Below, piece by piece: positions 1 to 8,807 of a stretch of 64,000 nt of DNA. The position numbers and the translations under genes were made by a program. The stretch is from an uncultured Collinsella sp. (lineage in GTDB: Bacteria > Actinomycetota > Coriobacteriia > Coriobacteriales > Coriobacteriaceae). Under the pieces are notes generated by a model. It saw only the letters and a list, made by a program, of their open reading frames with translations. It did no database searches and was not told where the DNA came from. Numbering within the stretch: position 1 is the stretch's first letter; each line of letters opens with the position of its first letter. The DNA lies in NCBI GenBank assembly GCA_938023705.1, contig CALJDJ010000104.1:4297-68296 (forward strand), written 5' to 3'.

Positions 1-20
1 ACGTCACCCAACGTCTTCAT
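1..20 (-). CDS. 5' end of an unidentified gene just downstream of feoA (runs off window); probably a feo-operon member
   Basis: Reverse strand reads ATG AAG ACG TTG GGT GAC GT (MKTLGDV). An AAGGGGG Shine-Dalgarno lies 8-9 nt upstream. Only 6 codons are visible. Confidence 0.3.
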
Positions 21-59
21 ATTCTTTTCCCCCTTTCAGCTTTTATGAAATGCTGCGAA

Positions 60-302
60 CTAACCGACGGTCATGATGTGCATGGCGACCTTGGTGTCGA
101 TACCAAAGCGTGCGCCCAGCACGGTGACGATGATATTGGCGCCACTCGAGCTCACCACGTGAACCTCACTGCCCTCGACAAAGCCGAGGTCCTTGAGGTG
201 GTGCTTCATGTCCTCATTGCCCTTTACACGAGACACGTGCACGGTTTCGCCCGCTTTCACCATCGAAAGCGGCATGGCCGGCATCTGCGGTCCGCAAGAC
301 AT
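60..302 (-). CDS. feoA: FeoA-family ferrous iron transport protein
   Basis: 80-aa ORF of typical FeoA size with the usual pattern (LSMVKAGETVHVSRV..LGFVEGSEVHVV..IIVTVLGARFGI). Confidence 0.85.
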   Translation of the reverse strand: MSCGPQMPAMPLSMVKAGETVHVSRVKGNEDMKHHLKDLGFVEGSEVHVVSSSGANIIVTVLGARFGIDTKVAMHIMTVG

Positions 303-346
303 GAGTGTGCTCCTAACGTCAGTTCGTCCTCAACATCGACGCAGCA

Positions 347-398
347 AAAGTTAACCACGTCTATGTTCGCTACAGTAAACTAGCACGTGGTTAACTTT
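347..398. repeat. 14-bp perfect inverted repeat AAAGTTAACCACGT / ACGTGGTTAACTTT with a 24-nt spacer, in the feoA-rpiR divergent intergenic region
   Basis: Read directly from the sequence. T-runs follow the hairpin on both strands. Function unknown (operator or attenuator hairpin). Confidence 0.8.
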
Positions 399-658
399 TT
401 TGGAAGTCTTGGATGCACATTCCTGCAAAAAAGTTACCGATGGGTTACCTTACGAAAGATATTGGGTTTGCCGGCAGACGGTAGCTTCGGGGCCGCGAAC
501 GGCTGGATCGCGCGCTCTGGAGGGACAGATATGACAGTAAACCTCGCGCGGCGCAGCGATCCAAGTTACCCCGGCAAAGACGGGGCAAGATTCCACAACC
601 AAAAAGCGATGCGCTTCCGCCCACTATAATGAATTGAACAATCAATGCAGGAGGCGGC

Positions 659-1501
659 ATGGACCAAGACCCGAGCGACCTCGTTCGCGCACCAAAAGAC
701 ACCGTGAGCACCATCAGGCACTTCAGTCTGATGAACTCCCTTCTGGCTGTTGTCAACCAGAGCCCCCACGACTCGCAGGACAGTGTGCTCGCACGCTATT
801 TTCTGGAGAATTTTGACCGTTTGGCAAAGCTCAACGTCTACGACGTGGCAGAGGAATGCTTTACCTCCCGATCGGGCATCAGGCGCTTCTGCCAGTCCAT
901 CGGCCTCGACAATTTCTCGGACCTCAAGTCCTATACCTGGGAATGGTCGCGCCACCGACGCCTCTTCTCGCGCTATGCCGACCACGAGAACTACCGCGAG
1001 TACCTCATGGACGCGCTCGCCCACATGGACCGCACCATCAACGATGCCGTGCCCGAGGGGACGCTCGACAGCCTTGCGGCCTTCATCCATGATGCCCGCC
1101 GCGTGGTGATCCTCACCTCGGATTTCTCGAGCGGGGCCGTGCGGCAGTTTCAGCAGTCGATGCTCTACCTGCACAAGATGGTCGACATCGTGACGGACTC
1201 CACGGGAGACATCACCCAGCTCGCAACGCTCGGCGCGCATGATGCGCTCATCGTGATATCGGAACACGGAAACTACGCGCGCGCCGTGCAGTCCGTCTTT
1301 GCGGGCTCAAGGATACCGCGCGCGCTCATCACCGTCGATGCCGATGCCGACATCGAGGATACCTTTACCTTTGCCGTGCGCCTCTCGCCCGAGCCCCAAG
1401 CGGCGGGGCGCACCGTCTTTGCGCAGTACGGCATCACTTACCTGCTCGATCTTCTCTACAACCGCTACTACACGATCCATGGGGAGCATGCGGCGGAATA
1501 G
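659..1501 (+). CDS. MurR/RpiR-family transcriptional regulator (HTH plus SIS domain)
   Basis: N-terminal HTH-like segment (ARYFLENFDRLAKLNVYDVAEECFTSRSGIRRFCQSIG) and a SIS-like C-terminal half. Sits upstream of the PTS/glucosidase genes. The true start may be an internal Met. Confidence 0.8.
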   Translation: MDQDPSDLVRAPKDTVSTIRHFSLMNSLLAVVNQSPHDSQDSVLARYFLENFDRLAKLNVYDVAEECFTSRSGIRRFCQSIGLDNFSDLKSYTWEWSRHRRLFSRYADHENYREYLMDALAHMDRTINDAVPEGTLDSLAAFIHDARRVVILTSDFSSGAVRQFQQSMLYLHKMVDIVTDSTGDITQLATLGAHDALIVISEHGNYARAVQSVFAGSRIPRALITVDADADIEDTFTFAVRLSPEPQAAGRTVFAQYGITYLLDLLYNRYYTIHGEHAAE

Positions 1502-1696
1502 AGCCACAGCGCGATTGGGCGACCGCGGCAGACGCGACCTCAGCACCCTGCGGCACGCCCGCTCAGGGTCCAAAAATCGAACCCTCTCCCTGGGTCCAAT
1601 TTCCGAACCCCACGCCCGTGCGCGCGCTCGCTATCATGCAGCCATCAGCAGCGCGCGCTGAACCACATCACCATCCCCGTTTTGAAGGGAAAGCCC

Positions 1697-3103
1697 ATGG
1701 CTGCCAAAAAAGATTACGCGGCAATGCACTCCGCTATCATCGACGCCTGCGGAGGCGCAGAGAACATCTCCAACGTATCCCACTGCATGACGCGCCTGCG
1801 TCTGCAGCTCAAGAACACCGCCCGTTTTGACGAGGGTGCCGCAAAGGGCGTCCCCGGCGTGATCGGCCTCGTTGTGCAAAACGGCGAGTACCAGTTTGTG
1901 ATCGGGCAGGACGTGCCGAGCCTTTACGAGGAGTTCCTCAAGGTTGAGGGCATCACCGCGGGCGGTTCGGTCGATGACCCGGACGCCGTGAAGGCCGAAA
2001 AGCAGGATCACGGCAGTATCGTCAACGCCATCCTGTCCTTCCTGGGCGGCACGTTCTCGCCCGTCATCCCCGTCATCGTGGCCGGTGGTCTTACCGGTGC
2101 CGTGCTGACGCTCCTCGTCAACTTCTGCGGCGTGTCGAGTGACTCGGGCACCTACCAGTTCTTCTCCTGCATCAACCAGGCAACGTTCTACTTCCTGCCC
2201 ATGTTTATCGGCTTCTCGGCCGCCCAGCGTCTCAAGTCCAACGGCTACCTGGGAGCGTTTCTGGGCGCCGTGCTGCTCTTCTACACCATGGGTGTGGGCA
2301 ACGAAACCGTCTACGACTTCTTTGGGATTGCCGTTCCCGCGGTGAGCTACAACTCCACGGTCTTCCCGGTGATTCTGGGCGTCTTGCTCATGAGCGCCGT
2401 CTACCGCTTCTTCCAGAAGATCCTGCCCGAGGTCCTGCGCACCATCTTCGTGCCGCTGCTCACCATGCTCGTCACCGTACCGTTGACGCTTCTCGTCCTG
2501 GGCCCCATCGGCTACACCGTGGGCACTGCCCTTGCCGACGTGCTCATCACTGTCTACCGCGCCTGCCCCGCAGCAGCCGTTGCTTTTGTGGGCTGCTGCA
2601 CCCCGTGGCTCGTCTTCTTTGGCATGAACAACGCCCTCTACCCGCTTCAGTTCATCCTTATGGCCGAGGTTGGCTCCGACCCGCTCATCTGCGCCGGAAT
2701 GACCGCTGCTAACCTCGCCGTTGCCGGTGCGTGCTTTGCTGCCGCCGTGGTCGAGAAAAAGCTCGATGAGCGCTCCGTTGCCGTGGGCGCCGGCGTTACC
2801 GCCATGTGTTCCATCACCGAACCTGGCGTGTACGGCGTGCTCTTTACCAAGCGTTTCCCGCTTGTGGGCGCCATGATCGGTGGCGGCATCGGAGGCATCA
2901 TCGCCGGCCTTACCGGCATGACCCAATACGTCATCACCGCGTGCAGCTTTATCGCCTTCCCGGCCTATATCGGCGCCGACGGTTCGCTCACCAACCTGGC
3001 ACTCGCTCTCACCGTTATGGCCGTCTCCGTGGCAACGTCTTTTGCCGCCACCTTCGTGCTCGGCAAGCGCGCCGAGGCCAAGGAGACGAACGCCGAGGCC
3101 TAA
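1697..3103 (+). CDS. PTS beta-glucoside/sucrose-family EIIBC component (no EIIA domain)
   Basis: EIIB active-site motif NISNVSHCMTRLRLQL, followed by a polytopic EIIC domain. ATG at 1697 is preceded by GAAGGGAAAG; the ORF track starts 5 codons earlier at TTG. Confidence 0.9.
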   Translation: MAAKKDYAAMHSAIIDACGGAENISNVSHCMTRLRLQLKNTARFDEGAAKGVPGVIGLVVQNGEYQFVIGQDVPSLYEEFLKVEGITAGGSVDDPDAVKAEKQDHGSIVNAILSFLGGTFSPVIPVIVAGGLTGAVLTLLVNFCGVSSDSGTYQFFSCINQATFYFLPMFIGFSAAQRLKSNGYLGAFLGAVLLFYTMGVGNETVYDFFGIAVPAVSYNSTVFPVILGVLLMSAVYRFFQKILPEVLRTIFVPLLTMLVTVPLTLLVLGPIGYTVGTALADVLITVYRACPAAAVAFVGCCTPWLVFFGMNNALYPLQFILMAEVGSDPLICAGMTAANLAVAGACFAAAVVEKKLDERSVAVGAGVTAMCSITEPGVYGVLFTKRFPLVGAMIGGGIGGIIAGLTGMTQYVITACSFIAFPAYIGADGSLTNLALALTVMAVSVATSFAATFVLGKRAEAKETNAEA

Positions 3104-3191
3104 AGGTCCTCGCTGCCGCAACGATTGATCGAGCTCGCGCCCGCGCCTCAGCGCATGCGGGCGCTGCATCCCAGCCACAAAGGAGACACCC

Positions 3192-4646
3192 ATGGCATAT
3201 ACCACCAGCGCCTTTCCCCAGGGCTTTCTTTGGGGCGCCGCAACCAGCGCCTACCAGGTAGAGGGCGCGGCCTACGAGGACGGCAAGAAGCCCTCGCAGC
3301 AAGATATCATCAACAAGAACATCTACGAAGAGCGCGGCTTTGCCACGGCCGACATCGCGAGCGACCACTACCATCATTTTCGCGAGGACGTGGCCCTCAT
3401 GGCCGAGATGGGCCTCAAGGCCTACCGCTTTAGCATCGCTTGGTCGCGTGTAATCCCCGACGGCACCGGCGCCGTCAACCCGGCCGGCCTCAAGTTCTAC
3501 CACGACCTCATCGACGAACTCAAGGCGCACGATATCGAGCCCATCGTGACCCTCTACCACTACGACCTGCCCTGGGCCCTCGTGGAACGCTACGGCGGTT
3601 GGCTGTCGCGCCAGGTGGTCGATGACTTTGAGGCGTACGCGCGCTTTGTGATCAACGAGTTCAAGGATCAGGTCAAGTACTGGACCACCATCAACGAGCA
3701 GTCGATCATCGTCCAGTACTGGACGCAGAAGTGCTATATCCCCGAGGAGCTGCGCGGCAACAATCAGCTGCGCTACCAGATCAACCACCATATGAACCTC
3801 GCCCACGCCGTGGCCTGCAATCTGGTGCACGAGCTCGTGCCGGGCGGCATGGTGGGCAGCGTGATCGGCTACTCGCCCATCTACCCGCTCACGAGCCGCG
3901 CCGAGGACGCCATGGCCGCGCAGAACGCGCACGACCTGCGCAACGCCTACTACCTCGACATCTACTTCAAGGGCAAGTACACCGACTCTGCCATGGCTTA
4001 CCTGGAGCGCCATGGCCTGGCACCCAAGATCGAGCCGGGCGATATGGAGCTCATCGCAAGCGGCACCTCGGACATGCTGGGCATCAACTACTATGCAAGC
4101 GAGTGCGCCAAATGGTGTCCCGACGACGGATCGCACGAGATGCGCTGGAACGGCGTGAACCTTACCGGCAAAAAGGGCGATATCAGCGGTTTTGAGACGC
4201 ATCCCGGCTTTTACGAGATGTGTAAGAACCCCAACCTCGATACGAACGACTGGGATTGGGCGATCGACCCCGTGGGCCTCGAGTACCTGCTACGCGACAT
4301 CTACATGCGCTACAACAAGCCGCTCATGGTGTGCGAGAACGGCCTGGGAGCCTTTGACACACTCACCGAGGACGGCCGCGTGCACGACCCCTACCGCATC
4401 GACTACCTGGAGAAGCACATCGCGGCTATGAAGCGCGCGATGGACTTTGGCGTGGAGATGATCGCGTACTGCCCGTGGTCCGCGCTCGACCTGCTCTCCA
4501 CGAGCAACGGCGTCAAGAAGCGCTACGGATTTATCTACGTGGACCGCACCGACGACGACCCCAAGAAGTGCAAGCGCTATCGCAAGGACTCCTTTAAGTG
4601 GTACCGAGGCGTGATCGAGCGCAACGGCGCGGGACTTGTGCTCTAG
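3192..4646 (+). CDS. GH1 (6-phospho-)beta-glucosidase
   Basis: GH1 signatures FPQGFLWGAATSAYQVEGA, TINEQ (acid/base) and VCENGLG (nucleophile). Lies immediately downstream of the PTS EIIBC gene. Confidence 0.92.
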   Translation: MAYTTSAFPQGFLWGAATSAYQVEGAAYEDGKKPSQQDIINKNIYEERGFATADIASDHYHHFREDVALMAEMGLKAYRFSIAWSRVIPDGTGAVNPAGLKFYHDLIDELKAHDIEPIVTLYHYDLPWALVERYGGWLSRQVVDDFEAYARFVINEFKDQVKYWTTINEQSIIVQYWTQKCYIPEELRGNNQLRYQINHHMNLAHAVACNLVHELVPGGMVGSVIGYSPIYPLTSRAEDAMAAQNAHDLRNAYYLDIYFKGKYTDSAMAYLERHGLAPKIEPGDMELIASGTSDMLGINYYASECAKWCPDDGSHEMRWNGVNLTGKKGDISGFETHPGFYEMCKNPNLDTNDWDWAIDPVGLEYLLRDIYMRYNKPLMVCENGLGAFDTLTEDGRVHDPYRIDYLEKHIAAMKRAMDFGVEMIAYCPWSALDLLSTSNGVKKRYGFIYVDRTDDDPKKCKRYRKDSFKWYRGVIERNGAGLVL

Positions 4647-4787
4647 CCCTCGGTCGCCTGTCATCTGCAGCAGCTCGCTCAGAATCACGCGCAACAAATC
4701 AAGAAGATGACAACGTGCCGCACCTCGGCGGAGCTGATGCTCAAGCCCAGGCGCGGCACGCTTGCTTACGGTTCTTAAAGATTTTTG

Positions 4788-4820
4788 AATGTGGCAAAGG
4801 GACTGTCCCTCTGTCACATT
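4788..4820. repeat. 33-bp imperfect palindrome AATGTGGCAAAGGGAC-T-GTCCCTCTGTCACATT, 8 nt downstream of the ptsH stop
   Basis: Arms match at 14 of 16 positions. No U-run follows on either strand, so this is not a classic intrinsic terminator. Confidence 0.7.
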
Positions 4821-4827
4821 GTTGCGC

Positions 4828-5076
4828 CTAGAGGGAAAGGTTTCTGATCGACGTAACGCACGAGGCCTCGTCTACGCCCGAAACGCGGAACACGATGTCC
4901 TCGCCGCACTCACCATAGAGGGCCATGAGTCCCATGACATCGCGGCCATCCGTGTGGCGATCGCCGATGCTGACTGACACGTCGCTACGATGCTTGGCAA
5001 TGATGTCATAGAGCAGCGCAACCGGGCGGGCATGAAGTCCCAACGGATCTTTAATCGTCTTTGTAAACTCGACCAT
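4828..5076 (-). CDS. ptsH: HPr-family phosphocarrier protein (His15 present, Asp at position 46)
   Basis: MVEFTKTIKDPLGLHARP... aligns residue for residue with HPr. GLH15ARP is conserved. GRD46VMG replaces the KS46IMG motif. Start chosen at the internal ATG giving 82 aa. Confidence 0.85.
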   Translation of the reverse strand: MVEFTKTIKDPLGLHARPVALLYDIIAKHRSDVSVSIGDRHTDGRDVMGLMALYGECGEDIVFRVSGVDEASCVTSIRNLSL

Positions 5077-5161
5077 GTCCCCTCCCACGACATCGTACAT
5101 CCGGCCGGCAAACCCAGCCACGTGGTAGTTATTGTACGTTACCGGTGTGCACCCTTGGCGG

Positions 5162-5195
5162 AAAAAAACGAGGGAAGGCACGCGTCCTTCCCTCG
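5162..5195 (-). terminator. Rho-independent terminator downstream of aspS
   Basis: Minus strand: CGAGGGAAGG-ACGCGTG-CCTTCCCTCG followed by TTTTTTT. Confidence 0.8.
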
Positions 5196-5220
5196 TTACA
5201 GGCACTATGTAGCTGTTTGC

Positions 5221-7008
5221 CTACATCAGGCGCAGGCTGACGTCCTTGAGCTGGGCGCCAGAAACGGCACTCGGGGCGCCCGACATGAGGTCGGAGCCAC
5301 TGGCCGTCTTGGGGAACGCCATGACGTCGCGGATGGAGTCGGAGCCGGTGAGCAGCATGCACACGCGATCCAGACCCAGAGCGAAACCGCCCATCGGGGG
5401 TGCACCAAACTTGAGCGCCTCCATGAGGAAGCCAAACTGCGACTCGGCGCGCTCCTCGGTAAAGCCCAGGAGCTTGAGCATGGACATCTGCATCTCGGCG
5501 TTGTGGATACGCATACCGCCGCCGCCGGCCTCAAAGCCGTCCATGACAAAGTCGTAGGTGCACGAACCGGCTGCCAGCGGGTCGGCCTCGATCTTGGCGA
5601 TGTCGGTCTCGGTCGGCAGGGTGAAGGGCTGGTGCTCGGCAGCGTAAGCCTTGCGATCCTCGTCCCAGTGGAACAGCGGGAAGTTGACGACCCACAGGAA
5701 GTCGTGGCCCTCGCGCTTGATCTCGAGCGCATTGGCCATGTGGGAACGCATGCCGCCCAGGATCTCGTCGGAGAGCAGGCGCGGACCGGCGGCGAACATC
5801 ACAAGGTCGCCGGGCTCGACGCCCATGCGCTCGCGCAGAGCCGCCATCTCCTCGTCCGAGAAGAACTTGACGATGGGGCTGTTGATGGAGCCGTCCTCGC
5901 GGAAAGCGATCCAGGCCAGGCCCTTGGCGCCAAACGTGGAGGCCACGCCGGCAAGCTTATCGATCTTGGCACGCGCCCAGGCACCGGCACCCTTGGCGTT
6001 GATAGCCTTGACGACAGAGCCCTCCTCGTTCGCAGCGGTCGCGAAGACCTTGAACTTGGAGTTGGCAAAAATGTCGGTCAGGTCGACCAGGTGCATGCCG
6101 TAGCGCGTATCGGGCTTGTCGGAGCCATAGGTGTCCATGGCCTCCCAGTAGTTCATGCGACGCAGCGGCGTGGGCATCTCGACGCCCATGCGGCCGAAGG
6201 CGTCGGCCAGGACCTCTTCGAGCGCGCTCATGACATCGTTCTGGTCCACGAAGGACATCTCGATATCGACCTGGGTGAACTCGGGCTGACGGTCGGCACG
6301 CAGGTCCTCGTCGCGGAAGCACTTGGCAACCTGATAGTAGCGCTCGACGCCACCGACCATGAGCAGCTGCTTCAGAAGCTGCGGGGACTGCGGCAGGGCG
6401 TAGAAGTTGCCCGGCTGAATACGGCTGGGAACGATGAAGTCGCGAGCGCCCTCGGGCGTGGACTTGAACAGGGAGGGCGTCTCGACCTCCATGAACTCAC
6501 GGTTGTGCAGCGCCTCGCGAATGGCAAAGGTAAAGTCGGAGCGCAGCTTGAGGTTGGCCATCATCTCGGGACGACGAAGGTCCAGATAGCGATAGCGCAG
6601 ACGGGTGTCCTCGCTGGTCTCGATGCCGTCCTCGATCTGGAACGGCGGGGTGACGGACGTGTTGAGCACCTCGGCGTGGTCGGTCAGGACCTCGATCTCG
6701 CCGGTCGCGAGCTTGGTGTTGGTGGTCTCCTCGCCACGGGAGCGCACGACGCCGTGGATCTTGATGGGCCACTCGGGACGCATGGTCTCGGCGATCTTAA
6801 AGGCGTCGCCGTCGGAGTGCTCGGGGTCGAAGGTGAGCTGCGTGATGCCCTCGCGGTCACGAAGGTCGCAGAAGATAAGGCCGCCGTGGTCGCGGCGACG
6901 GCTCACCCAACCGGTGAGGGTGACCTCTTCGCCCACGTTCTCGCGGCGAAGCTCACCGCAAGTACGGGTGTGCATGGAATGCTCGTCGATGGGACGGGTC
7001 TGGCTCAT
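5221..7008 (-). CDS. aspS: Aspartate--tRNA ligase
   Basis: 595 aa. Has the OB-fold N-terminus (VTLTGWVSRRRDHGGLIFCDLRDREG) and class II motifs (FRDEDLRADRQPEFTQ, GGGMRIH). AAGGAGGA Shine-Dalgarno upstream. Confidence 0.97.
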   Translation of the reverse strand: MSQTRPIDEHSMHTRTCGELRRENVGEEVTLTGWVSRRRDHGGLIFCDLRDREGITQLTFDPEHSDGDAFKIAETMRPEWPIKIHGVVRSRGEETTNTKLATGEIEVLTDHAEVLNTSVTPPFQIEDGIETSEDTRLRYRYLDLRRPEMMANLKLRSDFTFAIREALHNREFMEVETPSLFKSTPEGARDFIVPSRIQPGNFYALPQSPQLLKQLLMVGGVERYYQVAKCFRDEDLRADRQPEFTQVDIEMSFVDQNDVMSALEEVLADAFGRMGVEMPTPLRRMNYWEAMDTYGSDKPDTRYGMHLVDLTDIFANSKFKVFATAANEEGSVVKAINAKGAGAWARAKIDKLAGVASTFGAKGLAWIAFREDGSINSPIVKFFSDEEMAALRERMGVEPGDLVMFAAGPRLLSDEILGGMRSHMANALEIKREGHDFLWVVNFPLFHWDEDRKAYAAEHQPFTLPTETDIAKIEADPLAAGSCTYDFVMDGFEAGGGGMRIHNAEMQMSMLKLLGFTEERAESQFGFLMEALKFGAPPMGGFALGLDRVCMLLTGSDSIRDVMAFPKTASGSDLMSGAPSAVSGAQLKDVSLRLM

Positions 7009-7264
7009 ACCAGTGATCCTCCTTTATGGATCTGTGCCGCCCCGTGTCGTTCCGGGCGGCGTCGTACAGATTTACCCGGCCTGCGTAAACCGCGCAGCCA
7101 GACATGGCGTTCTATGTTATCGCACCTGCGTCGATGTGCCGCGAAAAAGTAGCTCCTGCCCAAAGACTTGACGGAGACGAAACAATTGACGCACCGTGGC
7201 CGTCGCCGACGCGCGCCACGTGCGACAATGTGCCCCAATACAACTGCACTCGGAAAGGCCCGCC

Positions 7265-7900
7265 ATGACTGCACGCCTCATCGTTATGGATATCGACTCC
7301 ACGCTCATCAACCAGGAGGTCATCGACCTGTTGGGCGAGGAAGCCGGCGTGGGCGAGCAAGTTGCACAAATCACCGAACGCGCCATGCGCGGCGAGCTCG
7401 ACTTTAAGCAGGCGCTCGAGGAGCGCGTGGGGCTGCTTGCCGGCTTGGACAAGAGTGTGTTCGAGCGCACCTTTGAGCGCGTGACGTTTACCCCCGGCGC
7501 GCTGGAGCTTGTGCGCTCGGCACACAGCAAGGGCTGGAAGGTCGGCGTGGTAAGCGGCGGCTTTCACGAGGTCGCCGATAAGATCGTGGCCGCCGCGGGC
7601 ATCGATTTTTGCCTGGCCAACCGCCTGGAAGTCATGGACAGCAAGCTCACCGGCAAGCTGGCGGCAGACATTGTAACCAAGGAGTCCAAGCTCATCCAGC
7701 TGCTAGATTGGGCAGTTGAGTGCGGCGTCGATATGGCCCACACCGTCGCAATCGGCGACGGCGCCAACGACATCCCCATGATTCAGGCCGCAGGCACGGG
7801 CATCGCGTTTTGCGCCAAGCCCAAGACGCGCGAGGCCGCCCCGTTTGCCATCGACGAGCGCAACCTGATGCTCGCCATGGACATCATCCTGCGCGACTAG
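7265..7900 (+). CDS. serB: Phosphoserine phosphatase (HAD superfamily, SerB type)
   Basis: HAD motif I (LIVMDIDSTLI), GGF, and motif IV (GDGANDIPM). Start taken at the ATG directly before the HAD core. Confidence 0.85.
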   Translation: MTARLIVMDIDSTLINQEVIDLLGEEAGVGEQVAQITERAMRGELDFKQALEERVGLLAGLDKSVFERTFERVTFTPGALELVRSAHSKGWKVGVVSGGFHEVADKIVAAAGIDFCLANRLEVMDSKLTGKLAADIVTKESKLIQLLDWAVECGVDMAHTVAIGDGANDIPMIQAAGTGIAFCAKPKTREAAPFAIDERNLMLAMDIILRD

Positions 7901-7936
7901 TCGATCCGTCTAACAATTGAATCAGTCTGTCCTATA

Positions 7937-7970
7937 GTTTCCGAACAATTTTGTCTTAGTGTTCGGAAAC
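7937..7970. promoter_or_regulatory. 11-bp perfect inverted repeat GTTTCCGAACA-N12-TGTTCGGAAAC between serB and larB
   Basis: Read directly from the sequence, about 45 nt upstream of the larB start. No T-run follows. Candidate operator or hairpin. Confidence 0.4.
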
Positions 7971-8014
7971 ATACCCTTTGAGTGCTAGACTTTGCGCCGT
8001 CGAAGGGAACATAT

Positions 8015-8797
8015 ATGGATAAGCGAGATCTTGAGCAATTGCTGAGCGATGTTGCCGGCGGAGCAGTCACCCCTGCCGACGCCCTCACGCGCATCCAAAC
8101 GGCTCCGACCGCCGATTTGGGCTTTGCGCAGCTCGATCTTTCGCGCGGGGTGCGCCAGGGGGCCGGCGAGGTTGTCTACGGGGCCGGTAAAACCGCCGAT
8201 CAGATTGCCGCCATTATCGAAGCACTGCGCGATGCCGGCCAGGAGCGCATCCTGGTCACGCGCTTGGATGCCGAAAAAGCCGCGCGCACCGCTGAGCTTC
8301 TTGGCAACGGCATCGACCTGGGATATGTCCCGGACGCACAGCTCGCCCTCGTGGGCGGCAAGCCCTCCCCCACCGGCAACGGACGCATCGTCGTCGCCTG
8401 CGCCGGCACGAGCGACCTGCCCGTCGCCGAAGAAGCCGCGTTGACGGCCGAGTTCTATGGCAACGAGGTCGACCGCCTCTACGACGTGGGTGTCGCTGGC
8501 CTGCACCGTCTGCTCGCGCATGCCGAGGAACTTGCCCAGGCACAGGTGGTCATCGCCATTGCCGGCATGGAGGGCGCACTGGCGAGCGTTGTCGGCGGCC
8601 TGGTAAGCTGTCCGGTCATAGCCGTTCCCACCAGCGTGGGTTACGGCGCGAGCTTTGGTGGCGTAGCCGCGCTGCTCGCCATGCTCAACTCCTGCGCCAG
8701 CGGCGTTTCGGTCGTCAACATCGACAACGGCTTTGGTGCCGCCTACCAGGCAAGTCTTATCAATCATCTGAGCGCCGGCACGCCCTGCGCCCGTTAA
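8015..8797 (+). CDS. larB: LarB, nickel-pincer cofactor biosynthesis carboxylase/hydrolase (PurE-like)
   Basis: N-terminal LarB-type region (DLGFAQLDLSRGVRQGAGEVVYGAGKT) plus a PurE-like core (VVACAGTSDLPVAEEA...IAIAGMEGALASVVGG). Adjacent to larC. Confidence 0.85.
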   Translation: MDKRDLEQLLSDVAGGAVTPADALTRIQTAPTADLGFAQLDLSRGVRQGAGEVVYGAGKTADQIAAIIEALRDAGQERILVTRLDAEKAARTAELLGNGIDLGYVPDAQLALVGGKPSPTGNGRIVVACAGTSDLPVAEEAALTAEFYGNEVDRLYDVGVAGLHRLLAHAEELAQAQVVIAIAGMEGALASVVGGLVSCPVIAVPTSVGYGASFGGVAALLAMLNSCASGVSVVNIDNGFGAAYQASLINHLSAGTPCAR

Positions 8798-8807
8798 GGA
8801 GCATTCC

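Noticed and set aside
4990-7152. 720-aa plus-strand ORF opposite aspS. Similar long antisense ORFs lie at 1634-3205, 11193-12617, 13374-15881, 16025-17497, 21812-23617, 23825-25054, 28853-30805, 44187-45329, 47109-48182, 48265-49446, 50056-51273 and 51274-52548.
   Set aside because: Each lies exactly antisense to a confidently recognised gene. Their composition is Arg/Gly/Ala/His/Leu-rich with no motifs. Such shadow ORFs are expected at this GC content.
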